NCBI GenBank assembly: GCA_963695075.1
Contig: CAVOFR010000007.1
Span: 1,312,925-1,376,924 of the forward strand
Length of the DNA: 64,000 bases
Direction of reading: 5' to 3'
From: an uncultured Acidimicrobiales bacterium
GTDB lineage: Bacteria; Actinomycetota; Acidimicrobiia; Acidimicrobiales; CAWCAL01
The notes under the pieces: generated by a model
Told to the model about the DNA's origin: nothing
Databases searched by the model: none
What the model saw: only the letters and a program-made list of their open reading frames with translations
Shown: piece by piece, positions 10,133 through 20,064 of the stretch
Layout: each line of letters opens with the position of its first letter
Numbering within the stretch: position 1 is the first letter of the stretch
Translations under genes and position numbers: made by a program

Positions 10133-10182
10133 GAACTTTGGGCATCGACCTCTCACATGTCCGGAAGGATGCCCAAAGTTCG
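10132..10182. repeat. 51-nt palindromic intergenic element, copy A (REP/MITE-like; may act as a bidirectional terminator)
   Basis: Perfect 14-bp arms GAACTTTGGGCATC (10133-10146) and GATGCCCAAAGTTC (10168-10181) between convergent genes. 8/14 left-arm identity to the 30878 copy in the same register. Confidence 0.65.
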
Positions 10183-10205
10183 GCTCGGGGAGACGGGTCG
10201 GACGG

Positions 10206-12509
10206 TTACTCGTACTTGACGCCCATCTCCCGGAGGACGTCGATCAGCTCGGTCGGCGCATCGGGAGCGAAGGCTCCGGGCTCGTAGCTCACCTCCCGGA
10301 GGGTGCCTGTCCAGGGGAACGGTCCGTGCCGACGGTAGATGGCCCAGTCGACGGGTGAGCGACGATCGATGCCCACGTCGATCCCCTCGAACGGCGCCAT
10401 GGTCAGGAAGAGCGGAAAGCCGGCGCCCGAGGCTCGTTCCTCGTCATCGACCGACAGGGCGAAGTCCCACAGGTTCGAGCCCGGAGCGGTGGCGACCAGC
10501 GTGATGGTCGCGGCCCCCGCGGCGAGCGTTCCACCGTCGAGTCGTCTCAGGCGGTGGCCGTCGTTGTGCGTGAAGGTCAGGACGTCGTCCTCGACCGACA
10601 GGAGGTAGCCGCCGCCCTGATCTCCGTGGGCGACCAGGACGCCCCGGTCGCCCGAAGCGAAGTCCAACCGGACGGTGCAGGTGAACCCGCGCCCCCAGAT
10701 CAGCCGCTGGCTGCGCCACCGTTCGAGCGTCGGCGTGCCGGGGGCGATCGTCACCGGCTGCTCGTACTGTTCGACCCACCCCGGGCGGTAGATGTGCTTG
10801 AGGTTCGTCCCCTCCTCGAGGGGGTAGACCTGGTTCTCCCACGCCGCCCGTTCCCAGGCCGCGGCGAGCTCGGTCACCTTGTCGGGGTGCTCCCGGGCCA
10901 GGTCGTGGCACTCGGTCGGATCGTTGACCAGGTCGTACAGCTCCCACTCGTGGTCACCGAACTCGGTGAGGGGCTGGTGCACCGTGACGATCACCCAACC
11001 GTCGCGGTAATAGCCGCGGTGTCCCCACATCTCGTAGTACTGCTCGGGGTGGACCGACGCAGCGTCGGGGTCGCCGATGGTCGGAGTGAAGCTCGATCCG
11101 GCCAGTGGCTGGAGCGGCAGTCCCTGGCGTTCGGTGGGGGCATCGATCCCGCAGAGCTCCAGCAGGGTGGGGTAGAGGTCGGTGACGTAGGTGTATTGCG
11201 AGCGCAACGCGCCCGCATCGGTGATCCGGTCGGGCCAGGAGACGATCAGCGGCACCTGGTGGCCGCCGGCGTGGGTGTTGATCTTGTAGAGCCGGAACGG
11301 CGTGTTGCATGCCATGGCCCAGCCGCGGGGGAAGTGCGGGATGGTCTGCGGTCCGCCGATCTGGTCGAGCCGATCGTGATCGGCCTCCCACTCGGGTTCG
11401 CCCAGGAGGTGGGTGTAGTAGCTGGAGGTGCCCCACTCCTCGCCTTCGCGTGACGCGCCGTTGTCGGAGGTGAAGACGATGATCGTGTTGTCCAGCTCAC
11501 CGAGCTGGTCCAGCGCATCGACCAGGCGGCCGAAGTTCCAGTCGACGTTGTCGACCATCGCGGCGTAGACCGCCATGTAGCGGGCGAACAGCTCCTGCTG
11601 CCGGGGTGCGAGATCCTCCCAGGGGCTCACGTCGTGGGCCTGCTCGCTGTTGCGCGGGGGGAGTTCGGTGCCATCGGCGATGATCCCGTTCGCCACCATG
11701 CGTCGATAGCGCTCGAGCCTCAGCTGGTCCCAGCCCTCTCGGTAGCGGTCGGCGTGGCGTTCGATGTCGCCCGACTTGGCCTGGAGCGGGGCGTGCACGG
11801 CGCCGTGGGCGAAGTAGCAGAAGAAGGGTTTGGTCGGATTGGACGCCTTCAGCGCTCGGATCCGTGTGATCGCTTCGTCCGTGATGTCGTCGGTGAAGTA
11901 GTAGTCGTCCGGGTAGCGGTCGGTCTCGACCTGGGTGTTGTCACGAACGAGCCGGTGCGGTTGATGGAAGTTCGTGAAGCCGTCGAGAATGCCGTAGAAC
12001 GAGTCGAACCCGCGCTGGATCGGCCACGAGCTCCGGTCGCCGGCATGGGCCAGCTCGCTGTCCTTGGACAGGTGCCACTTGCCGACCATGAACGTGGCGT
12101 AGCCGTTGGAGCGGAAGGTCTCGGCCAGCGTCGAGGTGTGCTCGGACAACTCCATGGCATAGCCGGGGAAACCGGGGTCGGAGTGGGCGACGTGGCCCAC
12201 CCCCGCCGCATGGGCGTTGATGCCGGTGAGGAGTGCGGCCCTCGTGGGTGAGCACATCGGCGTGACGTGGAAGTCGGTGTAGCGGAGTCCGCGCTCGGCG
12301 AGTCGGTCGAGGTGCGGGGTGGGGATCTCTCCCCCGTAGCAGCCGAGGTCGGAGTAGCCGAGGTCGTCGGCCAGCATCACGATGACGTTGGGTGCGCCCT
12401 CCGGAGCGTCGGAGCGGTCGGGCCACCAGGACTCCGAACCAGCGAAAGTGCGACCCACCCGTCCACCGAAGTCGGCGTAGGCGGCCAGATCGTCCGCAGC
12501 TTCGGGCAT
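10206..12509 (-). CDS. Arylsulfatase (Cys-type formylglycine sulfatase)
   Basis: MLADDLG, CSPTRAALLTG (CxPxR), GKWHL, GAVHAPLQ, SDNG. SD GGAG before ATG 12509. No signal peptide seen. Confidence 0.92.
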   Translation of the reverse strand: MPEAADDLAAYADFGGRVGRTFAGSESWWPDRSDAPEGAPNVIVMLADDLGYSDLGCYGGEIPTPHLDRLAERGLRYTDFHVTPMCSPTRAALLTGINAHAAGVGHVAHSDPGFPGYAMELSEHTSTLAETFRSNGYATFMVGKWHLSKDSELAHAGDRSSWPIQRGFDSFYGILDGFTNFHQPHRLVRDNTQVETDRYPDDYYFTDDITDEAITRIRALKASNPTKPFFCYFAHGAVHAPLQAKSGDIERHADRYREGWDQLRLERYRRMVANGIIADGTELPPRNSEQAHDVSPWEDLAPRQQELFARYMAVYAAMVDNVDWNFGRLVDALDQLGELDNTIIVFTSDNGASREGEEWGTSSYYTHLLGEPEWEADHDRLDQIGGPQTIPHFPRGWAMACNTPFRLYKINTHAGGHQVPLIVSWPDRITDAGALRSQYTYVTDLYPTLLELCGIDAPTERQGLPLQPLAGSSFTPTIGDPDAASVHPEQYYEMWGHRGYYRDGWVIVTVHQPLTEFGDHEWELYDLVNDPTECHDLAREHPDKVTELAAAWERAAWENQVYPLEEGTNLKHIYRPGWVEQYEQPVTIAPGTPTLERWRSQRLIWGRGFTCTVRLDFASGDRGVLVAHGDQGGGYLLSVEDDVLTFTHNDGHRLRRLDGGTLAAGAATITLVATAPGSNLWDFALSVDDEERASGAGFPLFLTMAPFEGIDVGIDRRSPVDWAIYRRHGPFPWTGTLREVSYEPGAFAPDAPTELIDVLREMGVKYE

Positions 12510-12585
12510 TGAGCACTCCAATGACAGGGTCGGGGGCCGATGGGTGATGGCCATACTCGCGCGCAGTCGACCCCCGGAGCGGTCC

Positions 12586-13701
12586 TTGTCAACCGAGCGC
12601 CGCCGCGACGTCCTGATCGTCTACGGGACGCGGCCCGAACTCATCAAGCTGGCCGAGATCACCCGCCTTCTGGGCGATCGCGCCCGCACGGTGCACACCG
12701 GTCAGCACTACGACGCCGGACTGCACGACGACATCGTCGCTTCCCTGGGAATGCGTGACCCCGATGCCGTCCTCGACGTCGGCGGTCGGTCGCGGGCCGG
12801 CCAGATCGCAGGTGTGCTCGAAGGCCTCGATGCCCTGCTCGAGGAGGCCCGGCCGGCAGCCATCGTCGTCCAGGGCGATACGAATTCGGCCCTGGCCGGT
12901 GGACTCGCCGGCAACGCCCGTGAAGTACCGGTCGTGCACGTCGAGGCCGGTTTGCGATCCCACGACCGCCGAATGCCCGAGGAGCACAACCGGGTCCTGC
13001 TCGATCATCTGGCCGACCTCTGCCTGGCCCCGACCGAGGTGAGCAGAGCCAACCTCCTGGCCGAGGGGATCGAGCACCATCGCATCGTCGTCAGCGGCAA
13101 CACGGTCGTGGAGGCGGTCCAGTCGCGTCTCCCCTGTCCCGATACCCGGCGAGACCTCCTGGATCGCCTGGGGCTGAAGGCCGACGGGTACGTGCTGGTG
13201 ACCCTGCACCGGCCGGAGAACGTCGATGACCCCGCGGTGTACCGGCGCATTCTCGACGAGCTGGTCGCCCTGGATCTGCCCGTCGTGTTGCCCCTCCATC
13301 CACGGTCGCGTGAGCGCTTCGATCGATTCGGGCTCTGCGAGTCGGCCGGTTCGATCCGCCTGATCGAGCCACTGGACTACGCCGACTTCCTGGCGGCGGC
13401 GAAGGAAGCCGCTCTCCTGGTCTCCGATTCGGGCGGCGTGCAGGAAGAGGCGAGCGTGCTGAAACGACCGGTGGTGGTGGTGCGCCGTTCGACCGAGCGA
13501 CCCGAGGTGCTCGGGTCCTTCGCCGACCTCGTCGCCCCTGGCCCTGGGATCGGTGAGGCGGCGCGGTACCGGCTCGCCGGCGACCGTGCCGCCCTGGCGG
13601 AGGTGCCCTCGCCCTACGGGGACGGTACCGCGTCGGCGCTGTCGGTGTCGGCCATCGAGCGGCTGATCGACCGACCGGCGGATTCCTCATTACCGCGGTA
13701 G
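12586..13701 (+). CDS. wecB: Non-hydrolysing UDP-GlcNAc 2-epimerase family (WecB/WbpI-like)
   Basis: YGTRPELIK, QGDT, HVEAGLRS, PEEHNR, TLHRPEN, DSGGVQEEA, PYGDG. Start TTG 12586 (alternative 12544). Confidence 0.9.
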   Translation: MSTERRRDVLIVYGTRPELIKLAEITRLLGDRARTVHTGQHYDAGLHDDIVASLGMRDPDAVLDVGGRSRAGQIAGVLEGLDALLEEARPAAIVVQGDTNSALAGGLAGNAREVPVVHVEAGLRSHDRRMPEEHNRVLLDHLADLCLAPTEVSRANLLAEGIEHHRIVVSGNTVVEAVQSRLPCPDTRRDLLDRLGLKADGYVLVTLHRPENVDDPAVYRRILDELVALDLPVVLPLHPRSRERFDRFGLCESAGSIRLIEPLDYADFLAAAKEAALLVSDSGGVQEEASVLKRPVVVVRRSTERPEVLGSFADLVAPGPGIGEAARYRLAGDRAALAEVPSPYGDGTASALSVSAIERLIDRPADSSLPR

Positions 13702-13804
13702 GCGCGGTCGATGGTGAGGGATCGAGATGCGACTTCACACCGACGACCTCACTGCTTCGCGGGCGACCCCTTCGTCGGCCGCCCGCTCGATCGAGGAGGG
13801 CACA

Positions 13805-15031
13805 GTGACAAGATCCGAGACTCCCGTTCCGGTCTTTCCGAGCGATCAGGACGCAAGCGGTCGCTGGTTGGGCGATGAGGAGCTCGATCGTCTGGGTCAG
13901 GTCATCGCTTCCGGCACGCTGACCGCGACGAAGGGCAGACAGACCAGGGCCCTCGAAGCCGAATTCGCCGACCGGATCGGTGTGAGCCACGCCATCGCCT
14001 GTTCGTCGGGAACCGCGGCGCTGCACACGGCGGTAGCCGCTCTCGATCCCGAGCCGGGCGACGAGATAGTCACGACACCGATCACCGACATGGGAGCGAT
14101 CACTCCGATTCTCTATCAGGGTGCCATCCCGGTGTTCGCCGACGTCGACTCCGACACCGGCAACGTGACGGCGGCCACGATCGAGGATCGGCTCACCGAG
14201 CGCACTCGGGCGGTGATGGTGACCCACCTGTTCGGGAACCCCTGCGAGATGGACGCCATCGTCGACCTGTTGGCCGAGCGGGACATCCCGGTGATCGAGG
14301 ACTGCGCCCAGGCCTATGGGGCCCACGTCGGAAAGCGTCCGGTCGGAGCGATCGGCAACATCGGGTGTTTCAGTCTCCAACAGGGCAAGCACATCACGAC
14401 CGGCGAGGGGGGCCTCGTCGTGACCGATGACGAGGCGCTCGGTCGCCGAGCTCGCGTCTTCGTCAACAAGGGGTGGCCCTATGGTGAGGCCGGGCCCGAC
14501 CACGAGTTCCTCGCCCTCAACTATCGGCTCACCGAGCTCCAGGCCTGCGTGGCCCGAGCCCAGCTCGTGAAGCTCGACGACATGCTCGGTGCCCGAACCC
14601 GGTCCACGGCGCGTTTCGCCGAGCTGATCTCGGGGATCCCCGGGATGGCGGCCCCGATCGTGGCCGACGACAGCACCCACTCGTACTGGCGCTACTGCCT
14701 TCTGATCGACGATGCCGTGATCCCCGGAGGTCCGGAAGCTCTCGCCGAGCAGCTTTCCGCCCACGGGGTTGCCTCGGCCCCGAGGTACATCAAGAAGCCC
14801 GCCTTCGAATGCCGGGTCCTGGCCGAACAACGCACCTTCGGCGATTCGCGCTGGCCCTTCACGCTGGCCAAGCCCGAAGCGGTCGACTACGACCCCCACC
14901 GCTTCCCGGGTGTCTATGCCGCCCTGGACCAGATGCTGGTCCTCGGTTGGAACGAGGGCATGACCGAACAGCATGCCGAAGCTCTCGCCACCGCGCTCCG
15001 CGCCGCGGCGACGGAGGTGTCTCCCCGATGA
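13805..15031 (+). CDS. DegT/DnrJ/EryC1/StrS PLP sugar aminotransferase
   Basis: SSGTAALH, EDCAQA, FSLQQGKHITTGEGG (PLP Lys), NYRLTELQA. SD GAGGAGG before GTG 13805. Confidence 0.92.
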   Translation: MTRSETPVPVFPSDQDASGRWLGDEELDRLGQVIASGTLTATKGRQTRALEAEFADRIGVSHAIACSSGTAALHTAVAALDPEPGDEIVTTPITDMGAITPILYQGAIPVFADVDSDTGNVTAATIEDRLTERTRAVMVTHLFGNPCEMDAIVDLLAERDIPVIEDCAQAYGAHVGKRPVGAIGNIGCFSLQQGKHITTGEGGLVVTDDEALGRRARVFVNKGWPYGEAGPDHEFLALNYRLTELQACVARAQLVKLDDMLGARTRSTARFAELISGIPGMAAPIVADDSTHSYWRYCLLIDDAVIPGGPEALAEQLSAHGVASAPRYIKKPAFECRVLAEQRTFGDSRWPFTLAKPEAVDYDPHRFPGVYAALDQMLVLGWNEGMTEQHAEALATALRAAATEVSPR

Positions 15032-16032
15032 GTCCCATCGAGATCGGGCTCGTCGGCGTCGGCCGCATCGCCCAGACCTATCTGGAGGTGCTGGACACGC
15101 TCGACGACTTCCAGCTGGTCGGTGTCTCCGACGTGAGCCCCGACGCGGTCCACGCGGTCTCGCAGGCCCACGACGTTCCGGGATTCGACGCCGTCGAGCG
15201 CATGATGAAAGAGGCCCGTCCCGAGGCGGTGCTCCTCTGCACGCCCCCGTCGACCCACGCCCACCTCGCGTGCTCTGCGCTCCGGATGGGGGCGGCGGTG
15301 CTGTGCGAGAAGCCGTTGGCCATCGACCTCCCCGCGGCCCGGAGCATGATCGAGACGGCGGTCGAAGCCGGTGGGCTGCTGTCGATGGCGTCGAAGTTCA
15401 GGTTCGTCGAGGATGTCCAGGTCGCTCGTCAGATGGTGGAGCGCGGCGATCTCGGCGAGATCCTGCTGTTCAACAACTCCTTCACCGGATTCGTCGACAT
15501 GGCCGGCCGGTGGAACAGCGACCCCAGTCGCAGCGGTGGAGGCGTCATCATCGACAACGGCACCCACTCGGTGGACATCGTCCGCTGGCTCTTCGGGCCG
15601 ATCACCGAGGTGCTCGCGGTCGAAGGACGCCGGGCCCAACCGATTCCCGTGGAGGACACGGCTCAACTGTTCGTACGGACCGGGACCGGGGTGCTGGGCA
15701 GCATCGACCTGTCGTGGTCGCTCGACAAGTCCGCCCCGCACTACATCGAGATCTTCGGAACACGAGGAACCGTGACCCTGGGTTTCGAGCAGTCCCGCTA
15801 CACGCTCGGAGGCGGCGAGTGGATCGACTTCGGATCCGGGTACAGGAAGGCGGCGGCCTTCACCGGCCAGCTCGAGAACTTCGCGGCCGCTATCCGCGGT
15901 GAGGCCGCGACCTTGGTGACGGCAGAAGACGCGGTCGCCAGCGTCCGCGTCGTCGAGTCGGCCTATTCGTCGCTCCGCGAGTCGCGCTGGGTTCCGGTCG
16001 CCGGCCAGCGGTTCGCCCTGGCCGGAGTCTGA
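15028..16032 (+). CDS. Gfo/Idh/MocA NAD-dependent oxidoreductase (WbpB-like sugar 3-dehydrogenase candidate)
   Basis: GLVGVGRIA, LCEKPL, GGGVIIDNGTHSVD. ATGA overlap. Confidence 0.88.
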   Translation: MSPIEIGLVGVGRIAQTYLEVLDTLDDFQLVGVSDVSPDAVHAVSQAHDVPGFDAVERMMKEARPEAVLLCTPPSTHAHLACSALRMGAAVLCEKPLAIDLPAARSMIETAVEAGGLLSMASKFRFVEDVQVARQMVERGDLGEILLFNNSFTGFVDMAGRWNSDPSRSGGGVIIDNGTHSVDIVRWLFGPITEVLAVEGRRAQPIPVEDTAQLFVRTGTGVLGSIDLSWSLDKSAPHYIEIFGTRGTVTLGFEQSRYTLGGGEWIDFGSGYRKAAAFTGQLENFAAAIRGEAATLVTAEDAVASVRVVESAYSSLRESRWVPVAGQRFALAGV

Positions 16033-16041
16033 TCCGAGAAC

Positions 16042-16662
16042 GTGGTGGCACCCCGTATCCACCCGACGGCTCTCGTCGAGGACGGGGTCGAGCTCGGCGA
16101 TGGAACGAGCGTGTGGGATCACGCGCATCTGCGAGGTCCGAGTCGCATCGGACGCAACTGCATCATCGGAGGCAAGACATACGTGGCCTATGACGTCGAG
16201 CTCGGCGACATGGTCAAGCTCAACGCCTTCGTATACGTGTGCGCGGCGGTGACGATCGAGGAGGGCGTGATGGTGGGCGCGCACACGGCCTTCACGAACG
16301 ACAGGTTTCCGCGCGCAAGCGACGCCGAACTGACCGAGCTCCGGAGCTCGGAGCCCGACGGGCACACGAGACCCACTTTCGTACGTCGAGGTGCGACGCT
16401 CGGGGCGCGGGTGGTCGTGGGTTCCGAGCTCGAGATCGGCGCCTGGTCGATGGTGGGAATGGGATCGGTCGTGACCGCTTCGGTGCCGGCTCATCACCTC
16501 GTGGTGGGGAATCCGGCGCGCACGATCGCGTACGTGTGTCGTTGCGGAGAGCCGTTCCGCCGCCGAAGCGATCCCGACGTCGAGTCCGCGGTCTGCCGGT
16601 CGTGCGGACGCGGCTACCGGGTCGAGCGGGGCCGCGTCGACGAACTGGGGGTCCCGGCATGA
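16042..16662 (+). CDS. Hexapeptide-repeat N-acetyltransferase (WbpD/WlbB-like) with C-terminal Cys cluster
   Basis: IHPTALVE, hexapeptide repeats, FTNDRFPRA, VVGNPAR, CRC...CRSC. Confidence 0.88.
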   Translation: MVAPRIHPTALVEDGVELGDGTSVWDHAHLRGPSRIGRNCIIGGKTYVAYDVELGDMVKLNAFVYVCAAVTIEEGVMVGAHTAFTNDRFPRASDAELTELRSSEPDGHTRPTFVRRGATLGARVVVGSELEIGAWSMVGMGSVVTASVPAHHLVVGNPARTIAYVCRCGEPFRRRSDPDVESAVCRSCGRGYRVERGRVDELGVPA

Positions 16663-17981
16663 GCAGCTGGGCCGTGGTGGGCGGTGGCCTGTTGGGGATG
16701 GAGATGGCTCGACAAGCGGCAACCGACGGCCATGAGATCACGCTGTTCGAAGCATCCGACGAGCTGGGCGGGCTGGCCTCGTCCTGGGAGCTCGGCGGGG
16801 TGCGGTGGGATCGGCACTACCACGTCGTGACACCCACCGATGATCGGACCGAGGACCTCCTCGCCGAGCTGGATCTGACGTTGCGGTGGGCCACCACTCG
16901 CACCGGGTGCTACGGCAACGGCCGCCACCACTCGGTTTCGAACGTCGGCGAGTTCCTGAGATTCCCGCTGTTGAACCCGCTCGACAAGGTGCGTCTCGCC
17001 GCGACGATGGTGTACGCCTCGCGCCTCACCGACGGCACGAAGCTCAGCTCCATCCCGGTCGAGGACTGGGTGGTGCGACTGAGTGGACGGCGCGTGACCG
17101 ATCGGTTCTGGCTCCCGTTGCTCCGAGCCAAGCTCGGGGACCGGTACCGGGACACGTCGGCCACCTTCCTGTGGACCATCATCCGGCGGCTCTATGCCGC
17201 TCGGACCTCGGGCCGGCGGACCGAGCAGCTCGGTTACGTACCGGGCGGCTACGCCACGATCATCGACGCGATGGCCGCCGACCTCGCCGGTGAGGACATC
17301 GATGTGAGACTCGGTGCTCCCGTTCTGACCGTGCGCTCGACCGCCGGGCCGGTGATCGTCGAAACGCCGTCCTCCTCGGAGCGATTCGATCAGGTCGTGG
17401 TGACGGCCGCCGCCCCGCAGGCGGCTCGGATGATAGACGGGCTGAGCGACGCCGAGACCGGAGCGCTCGAGCAGGTGCCGTACATGGGTGTCGTCTGCGC
17501 GTCGGTCGTGCTGACCCGCCCGCTCACGGACTTCTACGTGACGAACCTCATCGACGAGACCCCCTTCACCGGCGTGATCGAGATGACCGCCCTGATCGAC
17601 CCGGCGGAAGTCGGCGGGTACCACCTGGTGTATCTACCTCGCTACGTGGCCTCGGATGATCCGCTCCTGGACGCGACCGACGAAGAGATCGAGCGGTCCT
17701 TCCTCGCCGGCCTGAAGCGACTGCACCCTGATCTGGAGGCCGAGCACGTCGTCGCGTTCGCGGTGTCGCGACCGAGGTACGTGCTGCCGGTGCCCGTCAT
17801 CGGGTACGCCGATCGCGTTCCGCCCATGGACACGTCGGTCCCGGGTGTCTGGACCGTCAATTCGTCGCAGATCATCGACGGCACGCTCAACGTCGACGAA
17901 ACCCTGCTGCTGGCCGATCGGGCCATGGACCGGATCCGGGCGGTCGTATCGAGAACGAACCCACAGGAGGCTGTGTCGTGA
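16659..17981 (+). CDS. FAD-dependent oxidoreductase (protoporphyrinogen/amine-oxidase-like fold)
   Basis: VVGGGLLG, EASDELGGL, DRHYH. ATGA overlap at 16659. Confidence 0.8.
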   Translation: MSSWAVVGGGLLGMEMARQAATDGHEITLFEASDELGGLASSWELGGVRWDRHYHVVTPTDDRTEDLLAELDLTLRWATTRTGCYGNGRHHSVSNVGEFLRFPLLNPLDKVRLAATMVYASRLTDGTKLSSIPVEDWVVRLSGRRVTDRFWLPLLRAKLGDRYRDTSATFLWTIIRRLYAARTSGRRTEQLGYVPGGYATIIDAMAADLAGEDIDVRLGAPVLTVRSTAGPVIVETPSSSERFDQVVVTAAAPQAARMIDGLSDAETGALEQVPYMGVVCASVVLTRPLTDFYVTNLIDETPFTGVIEMTALIDPAEVGGYHLVYLPRYVASDDPLLDATDEEIERSFLAGLKRLHPDLEAEHVVAFAVSRPRYVLPVPVIGYADRVPPMDTSVPGVWTVNSSQIIDGTLNVDETLLLADRAMDRIRAVVSRTNPQEAVS

Positions 17982-18976
17982 ACGGATCGGTGGCCAGTCT
18001 CTCTCTGGATCTCGACAACGAATGGGCCTATCTGAAGGTGCACGGCGACCGCGGGTGGGAATCGTTGCCGTCGTACCTCGACGTCGTCGTTCCCCGAGCC
18101 CTGGGCGTGCTCGACGATCTCGGCTTGAGCGCGACGTGGTTCGTCGTCGGGCTCGACGCAGCGCAGGATCGCAACCGGGAGGCTCTCGCATCGATCAGTA
18201 CTGCAGGCCACGAGATCGGCAACCACAGCCACCGACACGAGCCCTGGCTGCACCTCTACGGTCCGGCCGAGCTCCGGTCCGAGCTGGATCAGGCCGAGGA
18301 GGCCATCGAGTCGGCCACCGGTGAACGGCCCGTCGGCTTCCGGGGCCCCGGCTACAGCCTCTCGCCCACCACGCTCCGGGAGCTCCAGCGGCGCGGCTAC
18401 CGCTACGACGCTTCGACCCTCCCCACCGTGATCGGGCCGCTCGCCCGGGCCTACTACCTGCGTTCAGCAGGGATGGACGACGACGAACGACAGCAACGCT
18501 CGGCGCTGTTCGGTTCGGTCTCCGACGGCTTCCGCTCCCTTCGGCCCTATCGGTGGGCTCTCCCGGACGGAACACTGTTGGAGATACCGGTCAGCACGGT
18601 ACCGATGGCGAGGGTCCCGTTCCATCTCAGCTACGTGTTGTACCTCGCCGAACGGTCGACCCGACTGGCGCTGCGGTACTTCCGCACCGCGCTGCGGCTC
18701 TGCCGCGCTCGGAACGTGGAGCCGTCGTTGCTGCTCCACCCGCTCGACTTCCTCGGCCCGAAGGACGTGGACTCGCTGGCCTTCTTCCCCGGCATGGCCA
18801 TGCCGGCCCGGCTCAAGGTCGAGGTGGTCACCGCTGCACTGCAGCAATTCGCCGCCTGGTACGAGGTCGGCACGATGAGTCAGCACGCCGACGCCCAGGA
18901 GGGGCGCCCGGTACCCCTGCGCGCCCCCCGGTTCGACTGCGCTCGGCGTGAGATCCGACGGGTTGTCGCGACATGA
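17978..18976 (+). CDS. Polysaccharide deacetylase (CE4/NodB-like) family protein
   Basis: SLSLDLD, ATWFVVG, EIGNHSHRH, GFRGPG, YDAS, LHPLDF. GTGA overlap. Confidence 0.85.
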   Translation: MNGSVASLSLDLDNEWAYLKVHGDRGWESLPSYLDVVVPRALGVLDDLGLSATWFVVGLDAAQDRNREALASISTAGHEIGNHSHRHEPWLHLYGPAELRSELDQAEEAIESATGERPVGFRGPGYSLSPTTLRELQRRGYRYDASTLPTVIGPLARAYYLRSAGMDDDERQQRSALFGSVSDGFRSLRPYRWALPDGTLLEIPVSTVPMARVPFHLSYVLYLAERSTRLALRYFRTALRLCRARNVEPSLLLHPLDFLGPKDVDSLAFFPGMAMPARLKVEVVTAALQQFAAWYEVGTMSQHADAQEGRPVPLRAPRFDCARREIRRVVAT

Positions 18977-20064
18977 CGACGGCCGCAGCCGTCGACCTGC
19001 CGGACCTGACCGAGGTTCGGGACCGGCCGATGGTGTCCGTCGTCATTCCGGCGTTCAACGAGGAACTCATCATCGAGGAGACCCTCGCCGCGATCTCCGA
19101 CGAGCTGGGTCGGCTGGAGGCGGGCTTCCGCTGGGAGATACTGATCGTCGACGACGGTTCGACCGACCAGACCCCGGCCCTGGTCGCCGCTGCCGCGGTG
19201 GAGGAGCCACGTATCCGGCTTCTACGGCACAAGGTCAACTTCAACATCGGACAGGCGCTGCAGTACGCGTTCCGCAACTGCCGGGGCGACTTCATCGTCA
19301 CGATGGACGCCGACCTCAGCTACGACACCGGGCACATCCCGAGGCTGCTCCACGCGCTGCTCGTCGAGCGGGCGAAGGTCGTGGTCGCGTCGCCCTACGC
19401 GAAGGGTGGCGACGTCACCGGCGTGCCCTGGCGCCGGCGGGTGTTGAGCCGGGCGGCCAATCGGTTCCTCTCCCGTGTCGCACCGGTCGACGTCACGACG
19501 ATGACCGGTCTGGTCCGCGCCTACGACCGACGGTTCCTCGACAACCTGGATCTCCGGCTGATGGACGGATCGATCAACACCGAGATCGTCTACAAAGCGA
19601 ATCTCCTGGGAGCCCGAATCGTCGAGATCCCCGCCCACCTCGACTGGACGGGCCAGGAAGAGCGCAACGCGTCGAGAGAAAGGCCCAGCGTGACCGGGCT
19701 CTCGAGGGCACTCCTGTTGGCGGGGATCCAGTTCCGGCCGGTGCCATGGTTCCTCGGATTCGGCCTCTTCCTACTCCTCGTTTCGGCCGCGCTCGGAACC
19801 GTCGCCGCGGTAGCCGCGTTCGATGAGCTCGGCGGCGCAGGATTCAGCTTCTCCAACATCAACCACGCGATCTCACACGCCTATGAGCGGCTCCCGCACG
19901 TGTTCCTCTTCGGAGTGATCACCATGTTGTTCGGGGCCGTCGTGCTGTCGCTCGGCGTGATCGCCGCGGTGACCCGCCGCTACTTCCACGAGCTGTTCCA
20001 TGCCTCGACCACCCTGCTCCGTCGGATGGAAGCTCTGGAGCAGCAGCTGCGCGCCAGGTCGTGA
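18973..20064 (+). CDS. GT2 glycosyltransferase with C-terminal TM helices (polyprenyl-phosphate GT, ArnC/GtrB/Ppm-like)
   Basis: VVIPAFNEE, IVDDGSTD, TMDAD (DxD), two C-terminal hydrophobic helices. Confidence 0.88.
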   Translation: MTTAAAVDLPDLTEVRDRPMVSVVIPAFNEELIIEETLAAISDELGRLEAGFRWEILIVDDGSTDQTPALVAAAAVEEPRIRLLRHKVNFNIGQALQYAFRNCRGDFIVTMDADLSYDTGHIPRLLHALLVERAKVVVASPYAKGGDVTGVPWRRRVLSRAANRFLSRVAPVDVTTMTGLVRAYDRRFLDNLDLRLMDGSINTEIVYKANLLGARIVEIPAHLDWTGQEERNASRERPSVTGLSRALLLAGIQFRPVPWFLGFGLFLLLVSAALGTVAAVAAFDELGGAGFSFSNINHAISHAYERLPHVFLFGVITMLFGAVVLSLGVIAAVTRRYFHELFHASTTLLRRMEALEQQLRARS

